Of a stretch of DNA of 64,000 nt, positions 11,280-21,430 are shown in pieces. Under the pieces are notes generated by a model that was not told the DNA's origin, searched no databases, and was given only the letters and a program-made list of their open reading frames with translations. Each line of letters starts with the position of its first letter. Within the stretch, counting starts at the first letter, position 1. The stretch comes from an uncultured virus (IMG/VR IMGVR_UViG_3300026479_000008) (taxonomy: Duplodnaviria > Heunggongvirae > Uroviricota > Caudoviricetes): IMG/VR virus record IMGVR_UViG_3300026479_000008; one strand, given 5' to 3'. The position numbers were made by a program, and so were the translations under genes.

Positions 11280-11633
11280 TTATACGTAAACTCCAAGTTG
11301 ATATCTATTATCAATTCTTATATCTACAAACACTGCATGTCTGTCAACTTCTTTTGTGAAATCAACATCAACAGTTACGTTAAATTTTCTAGCTAAAGGA
11401 ACATATTTATAAATCTGTTCTGCAACTACTTTTTTTAATAAATAGTCATTATAACTTAATGAATATACATAGTCTTCTAAATTAGCTCCGAATTCAGGAT
11501 CACCTAAAACATCTCCTCTTCTCGTAAAAAGAACAGTTTCTATCTGCGTCATCAACCTAGCTAATTCAGAACTAATTTCTAATTTGCTTGGATCGAATCC
11601 AGGATCTCCTTTTGCTTTTATATAAAACTCCAT
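11280..11633 (-). CDS. Baseplate wedge subunit, GPW/gp25 family
   Basis: LFTRRGDVLGDPEFGANL matches the gp25 signature; 117 aa. Confidence 0.85.
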   Translation of the reverse strand: MEFYIKAKGDPGFDPSKLEISSELARLMTQIETVLFTRRGDVLGDPEFGANLEDYVYSLSYNDYLLKKVVAEQIYKYVPLARKFNVTVDVDFTKEVDRHAVFVDIRIDNRYQLGVYV

Positions 11634-11649
11634 TTAACTATATATTCTA

Positions 11650-12483
11650 TTAAGAATGCATCATCCAATCGGTGCCTTCATCTGTTTTTATTTCTTCAAT
11701 CACTGCTTCCAGTTCTCCTTCACCTAAACCCTGAATTGCGTCTGCATTGACTTCAATATTTCCAGGTAAAGCAAAACCAAATATACTTAACTTTTGTCCT
11801 AATGAAATTTTAATCTTTGCAGCACAATATCTAAAGAATGCTTCATCTTCAAATAATGCACACTCTGGAATTGTTTCATATACTTCTAATATAATATCTC
11901 TGTTAGGGGTTTCTCCAGTAAATTTAATCTCATGTGTTAGTTGGTTATAGTGATAGCCAATGGGGTTTTCTAGAATTTGTCTAGCCATATCAAAGAAACT
12001 TTCATTAACCACATAATATTGAAGGTTCTCTGCGGCATCTACTACACCATCTCCACTGAACATTCCAGTATACATCATTCTTTCGATAGCAAAATCACCT
12101 TGTGAAAATCTAATATCTGTTCCACCTGCATACTTTGATCCAGTTTCAAAACATCCATATACTGAATAAACTTCTCCACCACCTGTAACTGGATCCATCT
12201 TTGGAAGAGTAAAGCATCTTCTAGATTTAAAAAGATTAGACTTAAAAAGTTCTTTAGGTAAAACCATAAAGTTTTCTTTCATCGAATACTCGTAATTTTT
12301 ATAGAACCATTTCTTTGCTCTCTTGACAATATTCTCTACTTCTGATTTTGGAAGATTCATAGGAATCATACAAGACCCTGTTACTTCCGATGCCAACTCA
12401 TTTACAAAGTCGTTAAAGCATTTATTATCATCCCATGTAGGTTTATCTAAGTGGCTATTATTACCTATTATATTATCACTCAT
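11650..12483 (-). CDS. Putative neck/head-completion protein (T4 gp13-like)
   Basis: C-terminal AKIKISLGQKLSIFGFALPGNIEVNADAI resembles the gp13 K...G..L.KF...LPGG..NG motif. Confidence 0.65.
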   Translation of the reverse strand: MSDNIIGNNSHLDKPTWDDNKCFNDFVNELASEVTGSCMIPMNLPKSEVENIVKRAKKWFYKNYEYSMKENFMVLPKELFKSNLFKSRRCFTLPKMDPVTGGGEVYSVYGCFETGSKYAGGTDIRFSQGDFAIERMMYTGMFSGDGVVDAAENLQYYVVNESFFDMARQILENPIGYHYNQLTHEIKFTGETPNRDIILEVYETIPECALFEDEAFFRYCAAKIKISLGQKLSIFGFALPGNIEVNADAIQGLGEGELEAVIEEIKTDEGTDWMMHS

Positions 12484-12499
12484 TTTGTTTTAGTTATTT

Positions 12500-13795
12500 T
12501 TAAACTTCCGTATAAAGTATTTTTTCAGTGTTGTCAAACTTTGCAGTTCTTTTATCGTATTTACCGTCTCTAAATATACCTCCTTGCATCGTCCCTTTCA
12601 TTATTCCATTTCCGTATATGTAACAGTCTTTTAATACACAAGACTGGTGAACGTATGAACTTTCTAATTTAGATGAATTAACCTGTGTAGATTGATAGAA
12701 ATTACACGTATGTATGTCAGATCCATTTATGTCACATCCGAAGAAATCACAATTTGTGAATTCTCCTCTCAAAGAACATCTTACAAATTCATATCCTTCT
12801 AATTCTACACAATATGATAAGTTACCATGATCAACTTGAATTACACCATTGTCGGCATCATAGTTAATATGCCCTTTTGTTAATTCACCATGTGTAAATA
12901 ATCTAAGAACTCTTTCTCTAATATTAGGCCAGTGTAAATCTATTATCTTTTCATTGTCATTTAAATCAACCGTTAATTTAACATCTTGATTCCAACCTGT
13001 ATTAATGGTTTTCCAATCTTTTCTAGCCTTTATAACTCTTTCATTCTTAGCAAGAATTTTTCTAAGCTCTATTGAATTAAGATTGTTAAATTGAACATTA
13101 CCCGTGCTATTCCATAGTTGAGTTATAAAAAGATCTAGCATTTGTAGAATCTTAGAAGTTTTCTTTTCCCAATCTTTTCCACCGAGATATCTAAATTCTA
13201 AATAATTCTTATGTCTTTTTTCAAAGTTAATTCCGTAATATTTAGAATCAGGATATATGAAATTACTAGGAGTAATATTTAATCCATCATAGAAATAAGT
13301 ATCTGACTTAGGTAAAACGAATTTAATTGATTTTGCGTATGCAGAATCTTTTCTTTCAGGAAAAAACTTAAAGACTTGACTTTCTTTAAAATCTAAAATA
13401 AATTTAAGAACATTCATCTTAGATATTCTATGTTTATTTTCTATTTTATCTGTATCGAAAGAAAGGTTTAAGTGAATAGAACTTCTATCATTCGTATATC
13501 CATTTTCTTCTATCCATTTACATACTTTAATAATCATCATCCTTGCAGCATAATACGGCTGTGCGCCTGTTACGAGTTCCATTAGTTTTTCACCACCTGA
13601 CATATCAGGTTCAATTTTAAACTCATCTCTTGTAACTTCAAAATCACTATGCGCCTTTGCTTCTACTCTAATCTTTTTACCTAAAAGACCCGCTAACTCT
13701 TTAGCAGTCGTATCGATATCCTTGTTAGAATAAAATTCAAATTCAACACCTACCAGTGCATTCTTTAATATGTCTGAATTATTAATATTATTCAT
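12500..13795 (-). CDS. Putative amidoligase (COOH-NH2 ligase, Amidoligase_2 type) with C-terminal beta-helix-like repeats
   Basis: GVEFEF, EPDMSG, ELVT, SSIHLNLS, KYYGINF and YLEFRYLGG motifs in the expected order. Confidence 0.75.
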   Translation of the reverse strand: MNNINNSDILKNALVGVEFEFYSNKDIDTTAKELAGLLGKKIRVEAKAHSDFEVTRDEFKIEPDMSGGEKLMELVTGAQPYYAARMMIIKVCKWIEENGYTNDRSSIHLNLSFDTDKIENKHRISKMNVLKFILDFKESQVFKFFPERKDSAYAKSIKFVLPKSDTYFYDGLNITPSNFIYPDSKYYGINFEKRHKNYLEFRYLGGKDWEKKTSKILQMLDLFITQLWNSTGNVQFNNLNSIELRKILAKNERVIKARKDWKTINTGWNQDVKLTVDLNDNEKIIDLHWPNIRERVLRLFTHGELTKGHINYDADNGVIQVDHGNLSYCVELEGYEFVRCSLRGEFTNCDFFGCDINGSDIHTCNFYQSTQVNSSKLESSYVHQSCVLKDCYIYGNGIMKGTMQGGIFRDGKYDKRTAKFDNTEKILYTEV

Positions 13796-13823
13796 TTACG
13801 TAATTATATAACTTAAGTTGGTT

Positions 13824-13831
13824 TATATATC
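13824..13831 (-). promoter_or_regulatory. Putative late promoter GATATATA (amidoligase/neck operon)
   Basis: Recurrent octamer upstream of structural genes. Confidence 0.6.
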
Positions 13832-13853
13832 TCTGTTAGATACACTATAACGT

Positions 13854-13881
13854 GAAAAAGCCCGAGTGATCGGGCTCTTTC
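13854..13881 (-). terminator. Rho-independent terminator after the S1 gene
   Basis: Minus strand AGCCCGA-TCAC-TCGGGCT followed by a T run. Confidence 0.8.
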
Positions 13882-13900
13882 AACTAAATTATAGATTTGA

Positions 13901-15229
13901 TTATAGTTTAAGGAATACTTTTCTAGTGTCTTCTTCAACTCTGATCACTTGAACAGTAATATCTGCACCTTTTGATATGTCTTTAATATCTATGTTTTCA
14001 GGGAATTCAGATACATGTAAGAGTCCTACTACACCTTCTTCTATTTCTACAAATAAACCATAGTCTTTAGTAGATTTTACCTTTCCTACCACTTCAGTTT
14101 TCTTAGTATATCTTGAAGAAATACCTTCCCATGGATCTACTTTCTTTTCAGCAGGAGAACCTTGAACAAGTGTAATTTTTCTTTCATTAATAACTTCTTT
14201 AACATAGAATTTAATCTCTGTTCCTGGCTCTAAAGATCTATCTCTATGTGCCTTTGAAGTTTCAGTATCTAAGTCGTTAACGTGAATCATACCAGTTAAA
14301 CATCCTTCAAACTCAACGAATACGCCGTATTTTGCAGAACCAGTAACGTGACCTGTTCTTTCAACTGTAATATCTTCTTGTATTGTTTTGAGTGTATTAG
14401 GAATAAGAGCTCTTAAATATGCTCTATGTGAAACTACCACAGTTCCTTTTTCTTCCGAATAACTTACAGGTACTACATACATTTCCGTGTCGATGATTGA
14501 TTCAAAGTCATGCAATTTATTTACACCAGCTAAAGAACCTGGCATAAAGCAATCAATTCCTTGAACTTGAACAATATATCCTCCACCTGGAATCATTTTA
14601 GAAACAATACCACTATATGCTGTATTTCCATCGTCAATAGATGCTACGATTTCTTTAATAACTTTAGTCTTAAGACCTTCAGTCACAGAACCTATCATAT
14701 ATTTCTTGACATTCATTGAAGTATCGGCGATCAATTGAACATCGACTTCAACTCCTTGTTTTAGAAGTTCTCTTACTTCTGTAGTTTCTCTTGATAAATC
14801 TACATAGATTAATTCTCTATATCCTACATCAATTGATGCCCATTCGGAATCAACTGCATACACCTTTCCAGTATAGCTAGCTCCTAATTGTAAAGAATAT
14901 AAAGTATTTGAAGTTAGTGAATGACCTTCCATTAGGTCAAATAGTTCTTGGGCGTATGATTCTCTGCTATATACCTTTACACCTTTAGGTGTTTTAATAT
15001 GTGGATTGGGTTTCCTAAGCTTAGTTACACATGTTGCCTCATATTGGTCCCACATGAATTCTCCGTTTTCATCCATATAATTTGTATCTGGACCGGGAGT
15101 TGGTTTTTCCGGGGTTGCGGCGTTTAATGAAGTTTCTACTTTAACTTCTGTTTCTTGGTTAGCTTCTGTAAGCTGTGTAGTTGTCGAGAGTCTTGGTCTC
15201 TTTTGTTTTTGAGTTGTCTTTGTTGACAT
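13901..15229 (-). CDS. rpsA: Ribosomal protein bS1 homologue (about 4 S1/OB domains plus N-terminal extension)
   Basis: Repeated S1 motifs: GGYIVQVQGIDCFMPGS, YGVFVEFEGCLTGMIHVNDL, DYGLFVEIEEGVVGLLHVSE; VVSHRA motif of S1 domain 2. Confidence 0.85.
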   Translation of the reverse strand: MSTKTTQKQKRPRLSTTTQLTEANQETEVKVETSLNAATPEKPTPGPDTNYMDENGEFMWDQYEATCVTKLRKPNPHIKTPKGVKVYSRESYAQELFDLMEGHSLTSNTLYSLQLGASYTGKVYAVDSEWASIDVGYRELIYVDLSRETTEVRELLKQGVEVDVQLIADTSMNVKKYMIGSVTEGLKTKVIKEIVASIDDGNTAYSGIVSKMIPGGGYIVQVQGIDCFMPGSLAGVNKLHDFESIIDTEMYVVPVSYSEEKGTVVVSHRAYLRALIPNTLKTIQEDITVERTGHVTGSAKYGVFVEFEGCLTGMIHVNDLDTETSKAHRDRSLEPGTEIKFYVKEVINERKITLVQGSPAEKKVDPWEGISSRYTKKTEVVGKVKSTKDYGLFVEIEEGVVGLLHVSEFPENIDIKDISKGADITVQVIRVEEDTRKVFLKL

Positions 15230-15270
15230 TTACTTTGTTTTTTAAAAGGGTTAATGTATGTTTTACTAGT

Positions 15271-15278
15271 TATATATC
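15271..15278 (-). promoter_or_regulatory. Putative late promoter GATATATA (S1 gene)
   Basis: Recurrent octamer about 40 nt upstream of the start. Confidence 0.6.
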
Positions 15279-16995
15279 AAATTACGGTGGCGTCAAATCC
15301 TATCATTGGAACGTAAGGAACAGTAGGAACTGGTATACCACCCATATAAATAAATTTCATTTCACTAAGATGCGTAAAATAAGAATATGCAAGTGCTTTA
15401 GCCACTGCATTGGCTGCACCTTCCCTATCTAATCCATAATCTTTACCTGAATTAAGAGCTCTTCTTAAATTATCTGCTAATTTCCTTTGATTTCCGTAAC
15501 TAACTCCTATGTATTTTCCGCCTAAAGGAGGAACAGATAAACATGGTGGTGTCGGGGGATCAGTTGCAAATGGCTGTATTGTTGCATCTTTCCAATATTT
15601 AAGAGTTGCCTTTGCAAGTTCTTTATATGGATCATCTTTACTTCCACCTTCTGCTAACATTGCAGCTTCAATTCCCATTTCTACTATTAAAGTATTTCTA
15701 ATTTGCTTAGCTAAAGTTCCCGTTTTAGACATATCTATATTCACAATAGAATCCTGTGTTTCGTCGTTTTCAGTAAGAGGACATCCTTGCCATTTTTTTC
15801 TTAATTCATCTTCTAGAAAAACGGGTTTAACTTTATTTTTTTTAAAACCATAGTCTTGTTTACCGTTCCATGTAAATTCTGTAATAACATACTGAGTTAA
15901 TGCAGGTGGCATTTTATTATTTTCATCAAAAGGCTCCTGTATTTTTAAATTAGTTAATTTAAATGGATATCTTACTTTTAATTTTTCGGCAGGTTCCATT
16001 TCTTCATATCCTACGGGTAATGTAGTATCAAAGGGCCATGGATATTTAATAGCTTGTATAGAATCTTTCTTTAATGCGGTTTCCTCACTGTATAAAAACT
16101 TTCCATCGCTATCTACAGTTGGATGGCACTTCTTTATTTCATCAATTACATATTTAGAAACTAGTAGATGAAATTCACCATCATAATTTCTATTATTATT
16201 ATTTATTGAAACACCCGAGGAAGATTTAAATGATTGCCAACCCCAGTCTAATCCCTTTAGTGTAGATATGGCTGCCTTCCTGTTATTGTTCATCTGCTGA
16301 ATGTCTTGATTACTAAATCCTGAACCGCCAACCCCAGCTGTGGAATTGCTTCTAATTTCATTAGTTCCCATCCAAGTCGCCCAGTGCCAAAAATCCCATC
16401 TTTTATCTCCGTCAGAAATATCCTCAAATTGCATTAATAATCTTGTTGCAAATATTCTAGCTAATTCATCGCCGGTTTCTTTACCATCTAAGCGATGAAA
16501 CTCGAAGAATTTAAATCTATATAGGTTTTCTGCTTCGTCATCCTTAAACTCTTCCAGATACTTGTCAAGCTCTTCAGTTGGCTCGTATTGTATACCTCCT
16601 GAAATTTCACCTTCTAGTTTATTATATTCAGGATCATTGTCTTTTCCTGCAATACTTAACCTGGAAGCTGCGCCAGCTGCACTCGCCAACCATGTTGCAA
16701 TTCCTATTTTCTTTTCTTCGGTGTCTGGTGTTTCCATGACAGGTTCTCCTTTTTCAAAAAGGTCAGTGAACCAATGTTCATAGCTTGCTATGAATGCACT
16801 CTCCCCGGGTGATGATTCATGAGGTGCCATTCCTGGAATACACGTTGCATTAGGACCAGAACCTTTTTTAACATCAATCGTATATTGTGTGGCTAATAAT
16901 TTACCGAATTCTGCGGCACTAGTCGGTGGGGCAGTAGGTGCGCTTAAAAGAAATCCTTCTACTTCACTAATAAAATTAGTCCAATCTGCAGCCAT
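15277..16995 (-). CDS. Hypothetical protein, probably baseplate/spike-associated (572 aa)
   Basis: Directly downstream of the spike gene; Pro-rich termini. Confidence 0.55.
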   Translation of the reverse strand: MAADWTNFISEVEGFLLSAPTAPPTSAAEFGKLLATQYTIDVKKGSGPNATCIPGMAPHESSPGESAFIASYEHWFTDLFEKGEPVMETPDTEEKKIGIATWLASAAGAASRLSIAGKDNDPEYNKLEGEISGGIQYEPTEELDKYLEEFKDDEAENLYRFKFFEFHRLDGKETGDELARIFATRLLMQFEDISDGDKRWDFWHWATWMGTNEIRSNSTAGVGGSGFSNQDIQQMNNNRKAAISTLKGLDWGWQSFKSSSGVSINNNNRNYDGEFHLLVSKYVIDEIKKCHPTVDSDGKFLYSEETALKKDSIQAIKYPWPFDTTLPVGYEEMEPAEKLKVRYPFKLTNLKIQEPFDENNKMPPALTQYVITEFTWNGKQDYGFKKNKVKPVFLEDELRKKWQGCPLTENDETQDSIVNIDMSKTGTLAKQIRNTLIVEMGIEAAMLAEGGSKDDPYKELAKATLKYWKDATIQPFATDPPTPPCLSVPPLGGKYIGVSYGNQRKLADNLRRALNSGKDYGLDREGAANAVAKALAYSYFTHLSEMKFIYMGGIPVPTVPYVPMIGFDATVI

Positions 16996-16997
16996 TC

Positions 16998-17723
16998 TTA
17001 TTTATTTTCTTGTTGATAATCAGGGTGTTTACTTTTCAAAGATGCAACACCCGATGGGGTAGGAGGTAATGAAACCGCAGTTCCTGATGGACCAACTCCG
17101 GTTGGATGTATATGGTTTTCAAAAAGAGTTAAATACTCGTCTAACCATGCTTCTAGTGATTTACCCCTTACAGCGGGTTCTGAAGTATCTTCTCCACTTT
17201 CACCTGTATTACTTAAATATACGTCTCCTGAATCTATGAATATTCTATCGTCCGTAGAAATTTTAATATCACCTACTTCGTCGATTTGAATTATAGGTCT
17301 TTCTTTTGCGCCAAATCCTCTGGTAATTACAAGACCATCTTCTTCTGAGTGATAAATTCTTACGTTTCTTTCAGCATCATACACTAAACTGATTACATTT
17401 TCAGCATTGCCTGCACCATCTAAAATATCTTCTTTAAGAAAAAGATTCTGCTCTATTTGAAACCAATATTCAGGATGATATAAATTTCCATTATCAAATC
17501 TAGCTGAAACTATATCCCCTATTCTTGGAACATGATGTGAACCTACTGCATTTCTATTCATAGGAGTTGCCCATGGAATAGCATCATCCGGTAAATTATC
17601 ATATTTACCCAGGACCTTAACCTTACATCTACCTAGTTTAAGAGGATCGACATTATCGATAACTTCTCCTAACCAATGAGTGTCTCTAAGATTATCAGTA
17701 TTTAATTCTTTTTCTGTTGACAT
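16998..17723 (-). CDS. Baseplate central spike (T4 gp5 N-terminal OB fold / gpV-like), no lysozyme domain
   Basis: GEVIDNVDPLKLGRCKVKV...IPWA...VPRIGDIV...FDNG is the gp5 OB motif; C-terminal HIH (HxH) apex motif. Confidence 0.85.
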   Translation of the reverse strand: MSTEKELNTDNLRDTHWLGEVIDNVDPLKLGRCKVKVLGKYDNLPDDAIPWATPMNRNAVGSHHVPRIGDIVSARFDNGNLYHPEYWFQIEQNLFLKEDILDGAGNAENVISLVYDAERNVRIYHSEEDGLVITRGFGAKERPIIQIDEVGDIKISTDDRIFIDSGDVYLSNTGESGEDTSEPAVRGKSLEAWLDEYLTLFENHIHPTGVGPSGTAVSLPPTPSGVASLKSKHPDYQQENK

Positions 17724-17726
17724 ATA

Positions 17727-18983
17727 TTAATCGTTTATATTACCAAGGGATTGGGCTGCTGCATCGTTTAGTGCAGCTCCTACTGTCGCACTAGTATCTA
17801 CATTAAATACATTCTCTGCGATGTTAGAACCAATATTATCTACTCCATCAGAAACACCTCGTAAGGCGTCTTGATATATGTTTTCAAAATTAGGAACTCT
17901 ACCTCTAATACCGTCCCTTGCACCTTGAACTAATTCATCTTTCTTTTCTCTTGCTAATCTGTTCAGGTCGTTTAAACCTCTTTCTCCTATTTCTTTAAGT
18001 TTAGCTAGCGCCTTATCTTTTAAAAGACCTAATATCCCATCAGCTTCATAATTTTCAGAATCATGTGCTGGGGATAATGCGTTAGGTATAGTATCAGAAA
18101 CAATTCCATTTAATACTCTTGCATCCATACTATCTACAACTTCATATTGCATTTCAATAGTTTGTCTAGCCTGTTCGCCTGGATTTTTAGTAAGATCTCC
18201 AAATATTTCAGAACCTGTGTTTAAGGCAAATTCACATTCACCGAATCTAAACATAAAGAAGGGTCTATTGTCAGATCCTGATATACCTTTGTTTGAATTA
18301 TCAACTCCTAGGCTTGGTTTCATATTTCCAGGAAAACCCTTAATAGCAGCCAAGTCTATCTTTTTAGGAACCCCTGATAATGTAATTTTAGACATGTTTT
18401 GGATCTTTCTAACCTCAGTAACATATACTATCATTGAAAACTTTCTTAAATTTTCAGGTAAAATCCAATTCCATTTAACTTCGTCAAACACTGCTTTTCT
18501 ATAAAGGTGCATAAGACCAGAAACTCTAAGGTTAATAGATTCTAAACAGCTTAGTGTTAACTTAGCATCATCGCCTCCGTAATATGGAGTAGTAGGATTA
18601 AAATTTGTAATTGCTCTATCAACACCCTGTAATCCTTGGAAAAACCACGGTGTATTTCTATTTATGTCTAGTAATGCCTTTTTAAATTTAACTAGAGCAT
18701 CTAATCTTTCTTCATAGAATTTAGTTGATCCCGCAGAAGCACTTGAACTAAGTGCAGATAATCTATTAGTGTCTTTGCTACTTTTTTTAGCTGACTCCGG
18801 CGGCTTTTTTGTAGCTCCTAATTGATTAACGTAGAATTCTTCGGCCGCTCCAGATAATAGAGGCGAATTAGTATGATCGCTTACGTTAAATAATATAACA
18901 AACGATAAAAAAGTCGGATCCTGATATGGCGACTGTGCTAATTTACCTTTTTGAAAATCTAATTTACTTTTAAAATCTGACAT
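17727..18983 (-). CDS. Putative tail-tube-fold baseplate protein (gp48/gp54-like)
   Basis: Position between hub and spike; LTLSCLESINLRV...ENLRKFSMIVYV resembles tube-fold proteins. Confidence 0.4.
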   Translation of the reverse strand: MSDFKSKLDFQKGKLAQSPYQDPTFLSFVILFNVSDHTNSPLLSGAAEEFYVNQLGATKKPPESAKKSSKDTNRLSALSSSASAGSTKFYEERLDALVKFKKALLDINRNTPWFFQGLQGVDRAITNFNPTTPYYGGDDAKLTLSCLESINLRVSGLMHLYRKAVFDEVKWNWILPENLRKFSMIVYVTEVRKIQNMSKITLSGVPKKIDLAAIKGFPGNMKPSLGVDNSNKGISGSDNRPFFMFRFGECEFALNTGSEIFGDLTKNPGEQARQTIEMQYEVVDSMDARVLNGIVSDTIPNALSPAHDSENYEADGILGLLKDKALAKLKEIGERGLNDLNRLAREKKDELVQGARDGIRGRVPNFENIYQDALRGVSDGVDNIGSNIAENVFNVDTSATVGAALNDAAAQSLGNIND

Positions 18984-19014
18984 ATAGTATATATTATTAT
19001 TTGATAGGGTTTAA

Positions 19015-20493
19015 TTATCCTTTAACGTTATTTAATCTACTCGGCCATTCTCTTCTTAATAGAGTAAGTTTTTGAATAATTCCAGTAGACTCCTTATATA
19101 TGTATTTAATTCCACCTATTACATAATAACCTGTTAAAAATTCATCTTTAACCTGATCTGCGTTTAAATCATTTACGCTTTCAACTTCTTCTTCATTTTC
19201 TGTTTCAAATCCCTTTTCATCTTTATCGCCACCTATACCCTGCTGTGCAGTCATTTGTGTAAACCCACTTTTTAATATTTGAATAGGTATTTTTTGCCAC
19301 AAATGAATTCCAGGATTAAATGTCTTTAAGGTTATTTCTAACTGCATTTTATTCATTTCATCTAAATTCTGTTGATTGCTTAATGCGGCAAATGAATAGT
19401 TAAGATGTACATTTGGCATATCATCTGATTGAATAGGGAGCCTTCCCATGTATTTTGATTTTACCTCTTTAGTATATCTGTCTTCATCTCTTCTTCCCTT
19501 TAGCGGCTCCTCAATGTCCTTCATACTATCACTAGCGAGTGGTTCTATTTCATGAGCAACAACACCAACAGAGTCGTTCTCAAAATATATCATTTTTCTT
19601 TTATAGCCGTTCTTTTTAGAAAGTCCGCCTGAATTGTTAACTAAGTTATAGCTTTGTATGAATGAATTAGTAGAATTCATAGACGAAGCGTTAGTTAGCA
19701 TGTTAGGTATTCCTATTGCGTTTGAAGTCTGTTCTTCTCCATCTTCATCGAAATCTATTTCAAAGTTAATAAGTGTTTCATCCATTCCATCTTCTGAATT
19801 TAAAAGAGCATTAATATCTACGAAACATATATTATAATAAGGATCGATACAATATGTCTGAAAACTATCTTCACCGACATATGAATGTTCCACTAAATTA
19901 TTTAAAAATTCTATATTAGGTTGACATGCATTAAGTGCTTTCATTGCGTCATCCGATGAATCAATGTTAGTTGCTAATCCTAGTTTTAAATTATTAGCAA
20001 ATTCTTCTATCTGTTCTCTAGATGTTCCTTCATACGAAGCACATCCTTCTGAATATAATGTAGGTACTTTCATCGTACCCTGTATAGAAAATTTAGTGCC
20101 ACTAGTGGCTTTTTTCAAATCGCCAGTAGCAGGGCCTCCTATTTCATCTATATCAAAATCTATTCTAATATCTTTAAAAGTGTCTTGTTGTCTTGCTGCA
20201 ATTCTAACTGAAACGACATCACCATCTCTTGGAATTTGATCCGCATCAAAGGTTCCTCTAGTGTCTATTATAGTTAGGGCTAATTTAGGAATTTTAGTAC
20301 TACAATCAATTTCAAATCTCTTAACATCTTGTCCCGTAAATGAAGCTCCATTAATAACTACCATTGGAATAGGACCTCCTATTTCATGGCTCATTTTCTG
20401 TCCACCCTCATCTTCACCATGTGCATCAAACTTTATTGTGTCTAATTCCAATGAGTGTTCTATTACATTTAGAATGTGATTATCTATCGGCAT
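19015..20493 (-). CDS. Putative baseplate hub protein (gp27/late control D-like)
   Basis: Size and position upstream of the spike; C-terminal LTGYYVIGGIKYIY...QKLTLLRR typical of hub proteins. Confidence 0.6.
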   Translation of the reverse strand: MPIDNHILNVIEHSLELDTIKFDAHGEDEGGQKMSHEIGGPIPMVVINGASFTGQDVKRFEIDCSTKIPKLALTIIDTRGTFDADQIPRDGDVVSVRIAARQQDTFKDIRIDFDIDEIGGPATGDLKKATSGTKFSIQGTMKVPTLYSEGCASYEGTSREQIEEFANNLKLGLATNIDSSDDAMKALNACQPNIEFLNNLVEHSYVGEDSFQTYCIDPYYNICFVDINALLNSEDGMDETLINFEIDFDEDGEEQTSNAIGIPNMLTNASSMNSTNSFIQSYNLVNNSGGLSKKNGYKRKMIYFENDSVGVVAHEIEPLASDSMKDIEEPLKGRRDEDRYTKEVKSKYMGRLPIQSDDMPNVHLNYSFAALSNQQNLDEMNKMQLEITLKTFNPGIHLWQKIPIQILKSGFTQMTAQQGIGGDKDEKGFETENEEEVESVNDLNADQVKDEFLTGYYVIGGIKYIYKESTGIIQKLTLLRREWPSRLNNVKG

Positions 20494-20504
20494 TTATTTT
20501 AGTT

Positions 20505-20930
20505 TTAATATGTGGGTTTGTTAATGATCTTCTTTTTAACGAGGATATCTACAAAATCTCTAAAGTCCATTCCTACCTTAGCTCCTTTAACGTCTTTATC
20601 ACCTTCAACGAATACGCCACCATCAAAATAGTAACTCTTTCCATTATCGGCTGCTACTTTAATTAAAGTACCTAACATAACCTTTCCAGGAACTCTTACC
20701 TTAGAACCATGTAAAGCTTTTACGGAATCTTTGTTCCATTTGCTTAAATACATTTCTTCTCCAGTTGTACTTCCACCAGCTACCATTCCACCGGCTGCCG
20801 TTAATGCTTCACCTTCGGGTGTGTCTCTTTCAGCATAAAGAACTGCGATGATTTCTTTTGCTAGATCTTGGTCTCTTCCGACCTTTAATCCCTCGTTAAG
20901 GAACTGTTCAAATAATTGTACGTGTTTCAT
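20505..20930 (-). CDS. Hypothetical protein with capsid-targeting-like N-terminus
   Basis: Starts MKHVQLFEQFLNE. Confidence 0.65.
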   Translation of the reverse strand: MKHVQLFEQFLNEGLKVGRDQDLAKEIIAVLYAERDTPEGEALTAAGGMVAGGSTTGEEMYLSKWNKDSVKALHGSKVRVPGKVMLGTLIKVAADNGKSYYFDGGVFVEGDKDVKGAKVGMDFRDFVDILVKKKIINKPTY

Positions 20931-20953
20931 AATTGTTTTTATTTATTTTATTC

Positions 20954-21430
20954 TTAGATTTTAACTTGTCCGTTACTGACGTCGATATTTGTTTCGCCAG
21001 ATCTTAAAATATTTGGAGGTAATATTTCTTTATTATATTTTTTAGATAGATACTCAATTCTATTAGCATCCTTAACTGGTAGTCTTTTTGTATTAATAAA
21101 CTGTTCTCTAATAGGATTTTTATAAGTAGCATTAAGCATTAATTTCCATTTCTTCTTTCCAGAATCTTGATTAGGAATTAGTAATACATCACCTTCTTTG
21201 ATAGAAAATGGATTTGAAATTCCATTAAATTTTAAAATATCATCAGTACGATCATGTGTTCCGTATTCTGACAAAGATATTAGATCTATTCTACCCGTTT
21301 CGTCAGCTTCTACAATATGTATTGATTGTACTGCGCTTTCCGTCATGTCTAGAAAAACAAACGATGGAGAAGCCATTGTTAGTTTATCCTCAGATAATTT
21401 CTTATTATCTATACTATATAGTTTTATCAT
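20954..21430 (-). CDS. Baseplate wedge protein (T4 gp53 / LysM-like tail X)
   Basis: GRIDLISLSEYG...DDILKFNGISNPFSIKEGDVLLIP is the gp53/LysM-like motif. Confidence 0.75.
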   Translation of the reverse strand: MIKLYSIDNKKLSEDKLTMASPSFVFLDMTESAVQSIHIVEADETGRIDLISLSEYGTHDRTDDILKFNGISNPFSIKEGDVLLIPNQDSGKKKWKLMLNATYKNPIREQFINTKRLPVKDANRIEYLSKKYNKEILPPNILRSGETNIDVSNGQVKI

